From assembly GCA_003427395.1 (NCBI GenBank), contig BFEA01000009.1:6564188-6625799 (forward strand): a stretch of 61,612 nucleotides of DNA. Reading direction: 5' to 3'. Below are positions 49,794 through 61,612 of the stretch, piece by piece. How positions within the stretch are numbered: the first letter of the stretch is position 1; every line of letters starts with the position of its first letter. The translations under genes were made by a program, and so were the position numbers. The notes under the pieces were generated by a model that saw nothing but the letters and a program-made list of their open reading frames with translations, searched no databases and was not told where the DNA came from. The DNA comes from Chara braunii (Eukaryota; Plantae; Charophyceae).

Positions 49794-50704
49794 CCCCCAT
49801 CCGTACAGACGCCCCCCCGACACCCGGTCACCCTGTTAACCCTACCAACCCGCCCCACTCGGCCCATCCCCTCCCCATCCCTCCCCCCGCCCCCCCCCTC
49901 GTCTGACATCGCTACAATGAGGAGCTAATATGCACAAGGCCACAGACGGGGCATGGAGGTATGGATGCAAGGTGAGAAAAGAAGGATGAGGTGCAGGATT
50001 CATAGGACCAGCTGCTGCGGACCGCTTCACCCACGGACATCTTGAAAACAACAGTGAGGTATGAACGACATGAATGACATGAAGACATAAACAACAAGAC
50101 TTGGAGAAGCAAGACGCTGTCTGGTGTGGGACGACGACAGGAGAATCTTGATCTCTCAAGTACAGATGCTGTTTCTGCAGATAATGGGGGCTGCTGGTAT
50201 CGCTGTGTGAAAGGACACACGCACCACGCATAGCAGGGCCCCTGACAAATGCCTCTTGAACTTCCTCACAGCTTCCCGGTTGTCAAAGGCCTTCAGGTTT
50301 ATTACAGTGAGAACCACGGGATTAGAAGANGGTACAGGGTTTAATGGGCACAAAGGGTTTCANAAACAGGTCCCTGACAAATGGCTCTTGACAACCACGG
50401 GATTAGAAGAGGGTACAGGGTTTAATGGGCACAAAGGGTTTCAGAAACAGGTCTTCAAATGATCACAAAATNTGGGGGGTTGCACACACCGGGGATGGGA
50501 GTTCAGTCACTAGTAACAGAAGGAGTGTAGATATAAATGCAAGGCGGACACCATCCTGGGTGGGGCTAGGCCAACAGGAAGTACGAGCGCTACAAATTGG
50601 GAGGGTACATTCGCAGCCCCGAGGAAAGAAAACAGGATGCTCTAGAGTAGGAACTCTGAAGGCCATGTGCCCAACAAACATGGCAATACAAAGATGTATC
50701 CAAT

Positions 50705-50756
50705 GGGACGCTGGACCGATTTCCAGCAGGTGCTGCTCCCCACCAATAGATGGAGC
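50705..50756 (+). other. Conserved LINE 3' module of element I
   Basis: Consensus match with a 1-nt loop deletion. Confidence 0.85.
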
Positions 50757-51150
50757 CTCCCCGAAGGTGCTAGGTNNNNNNNNNNNNNNNNNNNNNNNNN
50801 NNNNNNNNNNNNNNNNNNNNNNNNNNNNNNNNNNNNNNNNNNNNNNNNNNNNNNNNNNNNNNNNNNNNNNNNNNNNNNNNNNNNNNNNNNNNNNNNNNNN
50901 NNNNNNNNNNNNNNNNNNNNNNNNNNNNNNNNNNNNNNNNNNNNNNNNNNNNNNNNNNNNNNNNNNNNNNNNNNNNNNNNNNNNNNNNNNNNNNNNNNNN
51001 NNNNNNNNNNNNNNNNNNNNNNNNNNNNNNNNNNNNNNNNNNNNNNNNNNNNNNNNNNNNNNNNNNTTTTTTTTAACAAAGACCATCGAAAACCCACTAT
51101 CCCAGCGGTGGTGAGAGAACCGCCAGGATTGAGGGTTTCCCCATTGGGCC

Positions 51151-51207
51151 GCTCCATCTATTGGTGGGGAGCAACCAACACCTGCTGGGAACCGGGCCCA
51201 GTGTCCC
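51151..51207 (-). other. Conserved LINE 3' module of element J (GCUGGG/CCCAGC-type stem, 4-nt loop insertion)
   Basis: Sense gggacactgggcccggttcccagcaggtgttggttgctccccaccaatagatggagc. Confidence 0.85.
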
Positions 51208-52020
51208 TTTATAACAAGATGCAGCACCGAAAGAAACCTTTGATCAACAGGGCTGTGAAAATTTGAACCATCTACCCGGGGCATTTCCATTTGACCCTGG
51301 GGCTGCAGCAGTCTTCCCACCCAAGTCGGAACCCCCATTCTCGGTAGTAATATCAGCCCTGACAGGCAACCCCCCTCAGTAAGCATGTGTGAACATTTTG
51401 GCCGTCTCAGATATCACACAATTCCGTCTTCCAATCTATATTTAGTCTGATGTTTCAGAAACGTCTCTTTTTTCACCCGTACACCCCCCATGTTCTTTTT
51501 GAGTAATATACAGCAATCTGTTTTCTGTGCCGGATTCCTAACCCCACAATATAATATTAGGATATTATGATGTTATTAAACCCTAAACCCTGAACCCTCC
51601 CTGGACCCTCCCTGGTCCGTGTGACGATTTAGTGTAACAGAATGGAGATCAAGCCTTTCAATCCGTGCAGCAGAGCTTGCGCACAGTTCTCCTTCGTCCC
51701 GCAAAGCGTAGTGAGAAACTTTACGTGGAATCATGGAGCAGGCCCTGTGCATAACACCTTGCTGCATCCCTTCAATCTCCCATTCTTGACCTTCCATCGG
51801 TCCCCGGTCTGTGTGCCCTGCCTGTCCAATCGCCCTTGATCAGCGAGCGACGTCTTGGCTCCTTCCGCCAGCACCATCTTCAAGAATCCCGTCGTCGTGG
51901 TCGGTGCACACCACCCGCCGTCTGTTGTCGACCATGCCTGTGACCGACGTTCGGGGACAGAGATCGGGGGGGGGGGGGGGGGGGGGGGGGGGGGTGAGAG
52001 CTGGTTTCCGACTGGAGTGC

Positions 52021-54906
52021 TCATCCCGGGAGGAGGACAAAAGATGGGGGCGTTGCTGAGAAGGGGATGGTAAAGTGGGAATAAGGTTTGAATGCCCATT
52101 CCTTCTCGTTCATCCTCCAGTTCTTCCATTGTAACCTGGATTCATGGAAATCAGCCATGGTCCCATGGTCCGGTGGGGGGCCCAACGCAGTAAGACGGAC
52201 ACCGAGCACTCGTATGGCTTCATCCTTAGATTTCCAAGCTATCGCCGGGTCCGGAAGGGGGGGGAGGTCTTGGGGGTGGAGCCACCACCCTTCGGTTTTG
52301 GATCCCCAGTTCACCACCATGTCCGATGCAATGGAGAATGTATGTATGGTGGTAACCAACGCTTGCAGCGAGGAGCGATTGACTTTGGTGAGTACTGTGA
52401 GATCGTCAGCGACGAGCGACGTGACGGGGATACAACAGCTCGGGATTTTCGGCACCTCTATTTTTTTTATATTTGGATTCGCTCGTATGGCCGTGGCCAG
52501 GGCTTCCATCACTATGACAAACAGCAGCGGGGCGATGGGGTCACCTTGTCTGACCGAGCGCTGGAGTGGAAACGGGTTAGAAAGATGGCCATTTACCATT
52601 ATATTAGTCGTTGCGGTTCTATGGAGGGTATCCACCCATTTCCTGAAAAGAGGACCGAAGTTAATCTTTTCCATACACTGGTCGAGGAAGACCCAGTCAA
52701 CATGGTCGTAGACCTCTTCAAAGTCTATGAAAAGGACCGCCGCTTCCTTTCTTCTTTGCCTCGCATATTTGATTGTCTCATTTACCAAAAGAATATTGTC
52801 CTATATATTCCTTTGTGGTATGAACCCTGACTGATCCGGGTGAATGAGGTTGGACATGTGGGAAAGCATACGGTTAGTGAGTGCCTTTGCCACGAGTTTA
52901 TACGGGACTGGCAGGAGCATTATGAGTCTGTAGTTCCGCACCTCGTTTCTTGAGCCTTTTTTATAGAGAAGTGTGGTCACACCATGGTTGAGGAGGCCCC
53001 CAAATGTCCCCTCGGTGAGAACTGCAGATATGTAGTCCATGATATCTGGTCCCATGAGGTCCCAGAAAGCAAGCCAGAACTCTTTTGGGAATGAGTCAAA
53101 TCCCGGGTTTTTTTCATCGTCCATTTGCTGAAGAGCTGGGAAAATCTCTTCCTGGGCAAGTGGGGGTTCCAGTGCAGAGCGGTGGTCAGGTGATAGAACA
53201 GCCTCGAGGCTTTGCAGCACTTGGAGCCTTGCATCCGTCACAATATCTGCAGGCCACATAGCCATTTTTGAGGTAAAGAGGTCTTGATGGTATTTGGCGA
53301 CGTAATCAGTCACTGCGTACGGGTTAGTGGCTTCGGGATGGTCATCGTTCAGTGGATGTTTGAGCGAAATTATGGTGGCCTGTTTCGCTCTCATCCTGGC
53401 CTTTTGGAAGAAGTTTTTTGCCATGGTCCCGTCTGTGTGGATACGCTTAATTCTGGCCGGGATTCTTCAAGTTTCCGCTTGTGCGTCCAGGTATTCTTGA
53501 AGGCGGTCTCTTGCCTGTTGCAGATTGTTGTATGTGAGGTTGTCAAGAGGGGCAGAAGACAGGCTAGCGTCCCATTGCTCCAATGTGCTTAGAAGGTTCT
53601 CAATGACTGCTTTTCGTTCCCTCGCTCTTTTAATAGAGTATTTTTTCACTCTATCTCTGAGTTGAGCCACTCCTTGATTGAACCATTCGACCAGTGATTC
53701 ATCGTCCCGTTTTTTGGACCGCCAGAGCTCCCAGTATTCCTTGACACATTGTTGGAAGGAGGGTTGTTTAATCAGTGATGTGCTAAGTTTGAAAAAACTG
53801 GGGCCTCTTTCGAAAGGAGGGTGCGAAATGAGCCCAATGGCGATCATCTTGTGGTCGAAGGATCGCGAGGGGCTGAAGGGCAATATGTAGGCTTCTATGA
53901 GCGGGCCAGCCAAGTCCTTGGAGAGGAGCATGAGATCAATTCTAGAGTTCGTCAGGCTATCACCCCCCCGGGACCTAATGCATGTGAATGCCTGCTTAGT
54001 GGGATGTATAGTTCTGTAGGAGTCCACTAACTGCAATTCGGCCGTAAGTTGGTTGAACATCAGGGTGTCCACGCCATAGTGTTGTGGCCACTGTCCCGAC
54101 CCGTCCTCCTGTGTCTGGGACCTTCTATCAATCGTGGGGTCCGGGGCGAGGTTAAAGTCTCCCGCCACGATGAGCAGAGAGTCCGTAGGAAGCACCTGCA
54201 TGAGTTGGAGGAAAAAGTCTTCTCGTTTGCCCGGCGTGTTGGGAGCGTATACACTGACTAGGCAGATGTCCTCGTCCTCCCACTTAGCCTTAAGGAGAAG
54301 CCACCTACCCCCTTCTTCGTCTCTCAAGACATGGTATGGTTTGAGTCTGGAGGTAGGGGGGAGCCAGATCGATACCCCCGCTGAATGATAATGTTTGGTA
54401 TGTGCGTGATAGGCTTGGTACGACCAGACCTGTTGCGCTTTAGCCAAGTGAGTCGGATTGTCCAAGAAGTGAGTCTCTTGGACACAAACAGCGTCGGCCC
54501 AATAGTTGGCATCATGAGAACGAATCATATCCCATATTGCTTGTGTTTTTTGTTGTGTCGCAGCAGCGAGACCATTTACATTTATTGATCGCACATCCAA
54601 GTCTGCCTTTTTGTGGGTTTTTTCCCACAGCGGCACCTTCCTCATGGGGGGGGGTGGAATGGGAGGCGGGGGTTCGTTTAATCGGACTGGGATGCGGAGC
54701 GACGGGTGTTGTCGGGAAGTGGAGGGAACTGGTAGAGCGGTTGTGTGGGGCGTCGGATGGTGCTGCAATGTGGGGGGAGGAGGCGGAACGGGCGTGCAGG
54801 GCTGGGGGGCCCGAGGGGGGTCGTTGCTTTCATCCCGCCTGTGCGTCATGACAAGGCTTGTGCGGTCTGGGCAGGTCTCGGGTTCGCGATCTGTTGTCTC
54901 ATTCAT
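52021..54906 (-). pseudogene. LINE ORF2 of element J (endonuclease + RT; post-RT region deleted)
   Basis: One frame with two internal stops: DVRSINVNGL, CVQETH, SVYAPN, GDFN, SRIDL, SFDH, HPDQSGF, RQGDPIAPLLF, LVADDL. Confidence 0.93.
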
Positions 54907-57900
54907 GATGCTGTATGGTGAAGGTGAGGACATCGAGCAACCCTTGGGAGAGGATGAGCCCCAAAATGTGTTTGAGATGATAGGACAGCCATATCTGACT
55001 GGTCCTAAGTCTCGTGATGGGGAGCTTCCAAAGCTCATCTTCAGTGAACCACTCTATGGTGGCTTGGATATGGTTGCTGTTGTGTGACTGTTGTGGGGGC
55101 AGGGCTAGCAGAACTGTGTGGATCTGAGGCGAGAAGGGAAGCCCTTGGGGGGTTGACATGTAGGAGAGAACTTGTTCTTTTGGTATGTCCCATATGCTGT
55201 TGAGATGGGCACTTATCAGTTGAGGGTCAGGTTCGCCATTCCAGCCCATAAGGGCGACTCCCATTGGTAATCTCCGGTATTGGGGTTCAACTTTAAGGAG
55301 CCCTATGGATGGCTGTCCAAGGGGTTTGCGGCGGGTTGTCAAGATGAGCAGCACACTGTCTTTAAGGTTTGACAGATTCCACTCCTCTTGCCTTCCCACC
55401 CAATCCCTCATCCTGCCCCTTGTCAAGACTTTAGGGGACTTCTGCTGTTCTTGGCTATCATGGGGGGACTGGCTGGCAGGTCCCTTGTCACCCCTGTTGT
55501 CATCGCCGTTGTCGTCCTCGTCTGACGAGGAGAGGAGGTCAATGAGATGCAGCCGGGTTTGGCCCGACTGTTGCCCGTACCGTTCCTTTTCAAGCCAGGC
55601 TGCGTTCTGCATGAGGGGGAAGGACTCCATTTTTGTCAGGAGGTGCTTCGGGGGGGGATGTCGTTCATTTGCTGCATAGTCCAATTTGTAGGTTGTGCAG
55701 GCCGAAGGCTGATCCAGTGGCGACAATTCTGTCGAGTGCGATCTGAGTAGTCCATTTTTGATAACCTTGTCAGTAATCCCTCTCGCGAGGGTAACAATAT
55801 AGGGCCAGTCAATGTCACCGCAATCTGAGAATGCGTCAACAGTTTCCACCATGGGGGGGCATGCCGCAATCATGTCTGCTATCACCTCCCAGTAGTGCGG
55901 CGGCAGAGTTGCAGTCAATTGGACGTCATTATTCTTTAAATATTCATGCAGGACCCAGTCAACGATGACTTTTAGCCTTTTTTGAATAACACTCTTGAGG
56001 GACCAGTTGTTTTCAGCCAGTTTCTGTGGAGGATCAGGCGGGGGGTCCACTTCCATGCACTGTTGAGGGATCTGCTGGCAGGTGGTGTTGGCCTGTATCT
56101 GAGGTAAGTCCAGCTGTGGTGGAGGTGGCCCCGAGAGTTCCATGGGAATTGAGTGCTGGTGCAGATCGCCCGATTGGGGCAGGGTGTGCTGTTGTGGTAG
56201 ATGGGCGAGCAACCCAGCACAGTTGTGCCTCACCTGGGACTGCCACATGGCGAAGCCAGGGAGGTAAAGTTGTTGGGCGAGCGACATTGTCTCAACCAGC
56301 ATTAGGCCCTCCTGGAAGATTCCAACAGTATGTTGGAGTTGTGCTGCCCAGTGGAGAACGGGACCTTGGTAGATCAAGCCTTGCGCATGTTCGCAAATAG
56401 AGTCCTGTTGCGGCTGGGGAGGGGGTTGGTCTCGGGTGGGAGGGGGGGAAGCGGTTCCACCTCCATTCCCTGTTCGGGGTCCCCCGGGTCGTCATGTGTT
56501 TCAGCAGGGAGGAGCGGGAGGACCTCCATCTCCATGTGATCACCCTCAACAGTGTGGGCCACAGACGCCCCAGGCTGTGGGGCGCATTCAGGGTGGTGAG
56601 GTTGTTGCTGTTCCACCGAGGTCACGTTCTGGACCTCTCCCATGTGAACCTCCATCTGCAGGGTGTGAGTTGGGGAGAGGGGGGGGAGATCCGTTCGGGC
56701 CCCTTGTGTGGGGTTGGCGGCTAAGTGCTCCGATTGTGTCTCCCAATTCCCCCGGTTATCTTGGGCCGGATCTCCCCAATCATCTTCCCTCAACTACGCA
56801 GCTCTGGAGAGGAGATCTGTGTCATTCCCAGTCTTCGGGAGTTGCAGATATTTTGTTTCCCCTGTGACCACGGAAACCACCTCTCTGAAAGCCACAGTGT
56901 CCGTGGGATCATCCAGTGGATCGGGAGGGCGAGGTTGCTGCTGCTGCGGTAGCAGAGTATTGGGTGTTGGCTTTGTCCTTGTCCCCCCATCATTCTCTGA
57001 CTGTTTATTTGACTGGTTCATATAGAGACCAACGCCGGAGTGTTTCGTTTTGAGAACGGCCTGGTTCTTAGCCAGCAGACCGATGACGATAGAGTTCGGG
57101 GCAGAACCGTGCAGACCAGGGTTTAGTTGCTGTTGTCGGGCCTCGGGCCCAGTCATAATTGCCTTAATCTTTGATGTGGCGTTCTCAATGCGACTATACT
57201 TAGCCATCGCTTTGACTATGCCGTTGACCCTTCCCTTGACTCTCCCCAGTACAGTGGCCTCATGTGGCTTGTGATCCGCAGGGGGCAGAAGCAGCAGGGA
57301 TGTGGCCAACTTACCGTCGTCCGGGGTAGAAGATCCCCCGTCCGCCATGTGTATCGTGTCATGACATACTTTGTCAGTTTTGGAGGGTTGCGTCCGCCCG
57401 CTGCATGAGGGGGGAGGCTCAAGGCTCTTCATGTGAGGGGCTCCCCCCTCGTCGGGTTTGAGTTCCGGCAGCTGGACCAGTGGCCCAAGCGTAGACTGTT
57501 GCAGGGCTGCAGTCCCCCCTGGTATCGGGACCAATGGCCCGGGTGTAGGCTGTTGCAGAGCTGCAGTCCCCCCTGCTGATTTCCCCGTCTTGTGATCTAC
57601 CGGGTCCTGTTGGCACAGCAGGGGGGCAGGCACAGGTCCCTTGGAGGGGTGAGTTGTCCCTTCACCCTGTCTCAGTTTCGGTATCAGGGGCGGTGGCTCG
57701 AGTGCAGCCTGTTTGTCAGCATGCCCACCCAGTCTTGGTCCTGGTTTTGCAGGGAGGATTGGTTGGACCTGTGTAGGGAGGACGGCGTGGACAAGTTGTA
57801 TTATTACGTTATGAACATCCTCTGTCTTGGCCGGCTGAGCTGCAGTCCCCACTGGTATCGGGACCAGTGGCCCGGGGGTAGGCCGTTGCAGAGCTGCAGT

Positions 57901-59715
57901 CCCCCCTGGAGATTTCCTCGTGTTGTGATCTACCGGGTTCTGCTGACACAGCAGGGGGGTAGGCACAGGTCCCTTGGAGGGGTGAGCTGACCCGTCGCCC
58001 TGTCTCGGTTTCGGTATCAGGGGCGGTGGCTCGGGTGCAGCCTGTTTGTCAGCATGCCCACCCGGTCCTGATCCTGGTTTTGCAGGGAGGATTGGTTGAA
58101 CCTGTGCTGGGAGGACAGCGGGGACAGCTTGTATTATTTCGTTGTTAACGACATCTGTCTTGGCCAGCTGCTCCGAGAATCGAGAGTTGTGGGGAGGGGG
58201 GCGCACTTCTTGCATCGGGCGCAGTGACAGTGGAGTAGGCTGTTGCAGAGAAGCACTTCCCCCTACATAGTTCCCCGTCTCATGATCTGCTGGGGCCAGT
58301 TGGAGCAGCAGGGGGGGAGGCGCAGGTCCCTTAAAGGGGTGAGCTTTCCCATCACCCTGTTTCAGATGCGGTACCAGGAGCAGTGGTCCTGATGCAGGCT
58401 GTTTGTCAAGATGTACATCTGGTCCCGGGGCCGGTGACATCAGTGGTGGGGGGACAGTGGGGACAACATGTATTATTGGTTTGTTGACATCGGTTGTCTT
58501 GTCCGCCTTCTCCGAGATTGGAGACTTGTGAGGAAGGGGCAGCACTCCCTTTTTCACCATCGTCTTTTTCCTCACCAGCGGGGTGGATTCTTCCTCGGAT
58601 TCCACCAATTCCCCCTCCTCTTTATCTGTGGCTTTTGCGGGGCGAGGAGGGAGATGTCGGTTACTGTTCCCAGCAAAGCTACCATCAGAGATAGCGGCAT
58701 CGTTTTCCGAGTGATGCAACGTGGTAGCGGGTGGGGGGGGTAGCTTGTGTTCTTCCTTGCAAGGCAGGTCGGCTGGATTTTGCACTGGCCTCACTCTGAA
58801 TTGGAGTCTCCCTCCCCCCCTTCCACCTCCCCTTCCTCTGTGATGGAGGGAAGCACCTGTTCTGACCCCCCTGTAGCGATTATTAGGCAGGACTCGGGGG
58901 GGCCTTGTCAGGGTAGACCCACCACCACGTGGCCGGCCAGTACTTGGTCCACCGGGGATTGGATAGGGGTTTGCCTTCCCCTTTTGCTGACGACTGATGA
59001 GGGAGTTGGCCGGGGGCCTGCCATCCGTCTTCTGTGATTGGTGTTTCGGGGGCACAAAACCTTCCGGTGTTCTCAGTGGGGAAGCAGTCTTTTCCCAATA
59101 CCAGTGACCTGTATATTGGCTATCAGTTGTCCTGAAGACCCAGCCCTCCAAACCGGGATCTTCCGGCAACCATGTGTTGGGCTCCGCCAAATGCGGGCAC
59201 TGATCATCCGTGTACAGGTGACCCCTCGCTTTGCAAATGTGGCACCAGGGGTCCTGCGGGTGGCTGAGGGGTATAGCGAATTTTCTCCCTTCTGAGTGAT
59301 AGCGCCATTCTCCCCTAAGGGGGAAGACCTCGTCAGTCGACCAGTCAACCGCGTTGAGCAGCGAGTCATCTCTTTTTGCGAGGAAGTGAGGCATGTCATT
59401 TATGAATCCCCTTATCGGGGCGAGCTGTTCAACCATTTTGAGAATCTCGCCTTGAATGTGGACGGGGGCGAAGCTGAACTCAATCCAGTAGTTGTTCGCC
59501 ATGAGGTGTTGGCGCCTGTCTTCAGGTGTCAGCTCCCTCGATGGTTTCCACCGGTCTATCTACACTGGTGAACCCTGGAATCGGGCGTCAGTGAGGCGCA
59601 GGAGGTTAGTTTTGTCCATGGGATTGAGGGTCAGCACAGTCACGGTCGCCACAGTCACGGTCGCCACCGTCGGGGATTCAATAAGGAAATGGTCCTTAGT
59701 ATCCTCCACTGACAT
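54899..59715 (-). pseudogene. LINE ORF1 of element J (about 1600 codons visible) with zinc knuckle and internal Pro-rich repeats
   Basis: NYWIEFSFAP...HPQDPWCHICKARGHLYTDDQCPH aligns with NFWVEFRYAP...HTQDPWCYACKHRGHLCTDADCPH of element I; stops and one frameshift. Confidence 0.8.
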
Positions 59716-60892
59716 CTTTTGAGAGCGTTGTCGTAGCAAACACCCTTACAAGGGTATTTGCCGTCATTTTTCTAAGGTCGCACTGGGTGCGTCCTTGGTC
59801 AATGAAATACGCTGATGAGGTAAAACGCGTCAAGGCGCTTATCTCGGCAGCCTCGCTCTTGGCGGAACTCCAAATCGAATATGGCTAGAAAGAGAGTGTG
59901 TGGGGCACACATTATTGTGTGGCACCGTGAGGTGACCGGTAGTCATCGACGATACTAGGCTAGCGAAATGGCGCCAAAGCCATGAGGTCCGGTTACTCTC
60001 CCTTCTGTAATTTCTTTTTGTTGATTAGATTCTCCTTTTATTTTATAAAAGCTAGATTTACTTCGTAACTAGTTCAGCCTCAGGCGGGATACGGCACGAA
60101 GAGAATAAAACTTCACCTTGCACACAGGCAGGAAGTTTATGTTGGACGATGCGTCAAAAGGCGCGGGCCGCGTGGCGTTGGCAAACCTAGTATGAGGGAA
60201 AGTCGAAAATTTGACGAAAATATGTCGAGTGCCCAACGGCCAAGATACCAAGTAGCTACGACCCTAGGCGCGGGCGGCATCTCGGTGTCTTGCCGATAGG
60301 GCGAGGTGGAGGCCTGGTTTGTGCGGGAAGGACCGACCACGGTCCTGCGACTATTCATATGCGGGTTCGCCCCTACTTAGTTCAGACTTGGGCTTCGCCC
60401 TATTGGTTACGATATCGGACTTTCGAGCGACAAGTTTGGGGTTCAAGGCCAGCAAGCAGCGATGGAGTAAAGAAGCGCGATAGGCGGAGACTGAGGGGTC
60501 GAGGGTCTTAAGTGACTATCCCCCTTGGTTGTACCGGACGGGCCCAAACCTGGGTTCGACTGGCAAAGCCAAGAGGGCGTCGGCAGATCCTCGTCCTCTT
60601 CAACTCTATTATTTTTATTTTTTATTTTTATTTTGTTGATTTATTTTTATTTTTATTTTTATTTTTTATTTTTATTTTTTTCTTACTTTTCTCCGTTTTT
60701 CTGTCCATTGACCAGGTCGGAAACTGGCTCCGGCACAGCGAAGAAGTACCAAAAAGAACTTCAAAAAGAAAACAAAAAAAACGCTTGAGCTTGCTGAGCA
60801 AGGAGTGGACGGACGGGAGTTGAGTATCCCCACCAAGACGAAGGTAGATAACAACTGCGTCGACACCTTCCTTAATAGAGGTAGGGTGCCGG

Positions 60893-61280
60893 CCAGAGTA
60901 GGCCTGTGGGACCAGCACCACGGCCCAGCGCAGTTGGTACACCCTCGAACTGCTGAGAGAATAGGCCTGTGGGACCAGCACCACGGCCCAGCGCAGTTGC
61001 TACACCCTCGNNNNNNNNNNNNNNNNNNNNNNNNNNNNNNNNNNNNNNNNNNNNNNNNNNNNNNNNNNNNNNNNNNNNNNNNNNNNNNNNNNNNNNNNNN
61101 NNNNNNNNNNNNNNNNNNNNNCTGCTGAGAGAATAGGCCACCACGGCCCAGCGCAGTTGGTACACCCTCGAACTGATGAGAGAATAGGCCTCCACGGCCC
61201 AGCGCAGTTGGTACACCCTCGAATTGCTGAAAGAATAGGCCTATGGGACCAGCACCACGGCCCATCGCAGTTGGTACAGC
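60893..61280. repeat. Minisatellite, ~63-bp and ~48-bp unit variants, spanning a gap
   Basis: taggcctgtgggaccagcaccacggcccagcgcagttggtacaccctcgaactgctgagagaa repeated. Confidence 0.9.
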
Positions 61281-61575
61281 CACCGACTGTGGAAAAACAG
61301 ACCTCTGATTCGAACTCCGATGTGTACAGATGAGTGAAATACAACAACTTGGGTTCTTGGGGACTCGTCGGTCCCATAGAGTTACCTCAGGGGTTGCCCC
61401 CCTGCCCTTTGAGACAGCTGTGAGGAATGGACGCTCAGTTGATACACATCTGAACACTTGAAATACAGGCCTGAGTTCGAACCAGATACCAGTTCACAAC
61501 CAGAATAACATTATTCAGAATTACCTGGGACCAGCCGGTCCCATGACAGTATCTTAGGGCCATCCACTGGCCGCT

Positions 61576-61612
61576 GTCCTTCGGGACATCCGTTAAAATT
61601 GGAACGATACAG
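61576..61612 (+). ncRNA. U6: U6 snRNA 5' end (gene or pseudogene), cut by the window edge
   Basis: GTCCTTCGGGACATCCGTTAAAATTGGAACGATACAG: plant-type 5' UUCG stem-loop, conserved AAAATTGGAACGATACAG, start of the ACAGAGA box. Confidence 0.9.

Larger units (their letters stand above)
37860..50775 (+). mobile_element. Near full-length L1/Tx1-type LINE (element I): repetitive 5' region, very long ORF1, ORF2, 3' UTR, module
   Basis: Colinear ORF1 and ORF2; module 50705-50756 before a gap; 5' boundary uncertain. Confidence 0.9.
51067..59720 (-). mobile_element. L1/Tx1-type LINE (element J), 5'-interrupted with internal ORF2 deletion, tail-to-tail with element I
   Basis: ORF1, ORF2, 3' UTR, module 51151-51207, hairpin, poly(T) on + from 51067. 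Confidence 0.92.

Noticed and set aside
51578-51598. Telomere-like aaaccctaaaccctgaaccct
   Set aside because: Only about three degenerate units inside a LINE 3' UTR
60893-61280. CRISPR-like periodicity
   Set aside because: Contiguous units without unique spacers, no cas genes, eukaryotic context: a minisatellite
59729-61510. LTR retrotransposon (TG start at 59729, tggtatc PBS-like word on the minus strand near 61490)
   Set aside because: No second LTR, TSD or gag/pol sequence; boundaries cannot be supported

Overview
Eukaryotic, repeat-saturated window with scaffold gaps and one embedded Nextera adapter. The host is probably a streptophyte alga or plant (inference from a plant-type U6 5' end and a Harbinger transposase resembling the charophyte type). 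No convincing host protein-coding gene is present. Most of the window is a nested pile of decayed L1/Tx1-type non-LTR retrotransposons: two near full-length copies lie tail-to-tail at 37.9-59.7 kb, with several ORF2 remnants and many short 3'-end-only copies. It also holds an internally deleted Harbinger element, MITEs (three TTAA-flanked), tRNA-headed SINE-like repeats, satellites and the first 37 nt of a U6 snRNA at the right edge. The main observation is a ~53-nt motif (sense consensus GGGACGCUGGACCCGGUUUCCAGCAGGUGCUGCUCCCCACCAAUAGAUGGAGC) in about 20 full or partial copies, almost always just upstream of the poly(A)/(TAA)n tail of otherwise divergent LINE families. By eye it folds as two stacked H-type pseudoknots, with compensatory changes in three of four stems, often followed by a long hairpin with a conserved loop. 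The architecture resembles the tobamovirus 3'-UTR upstream pseudoknot domain.
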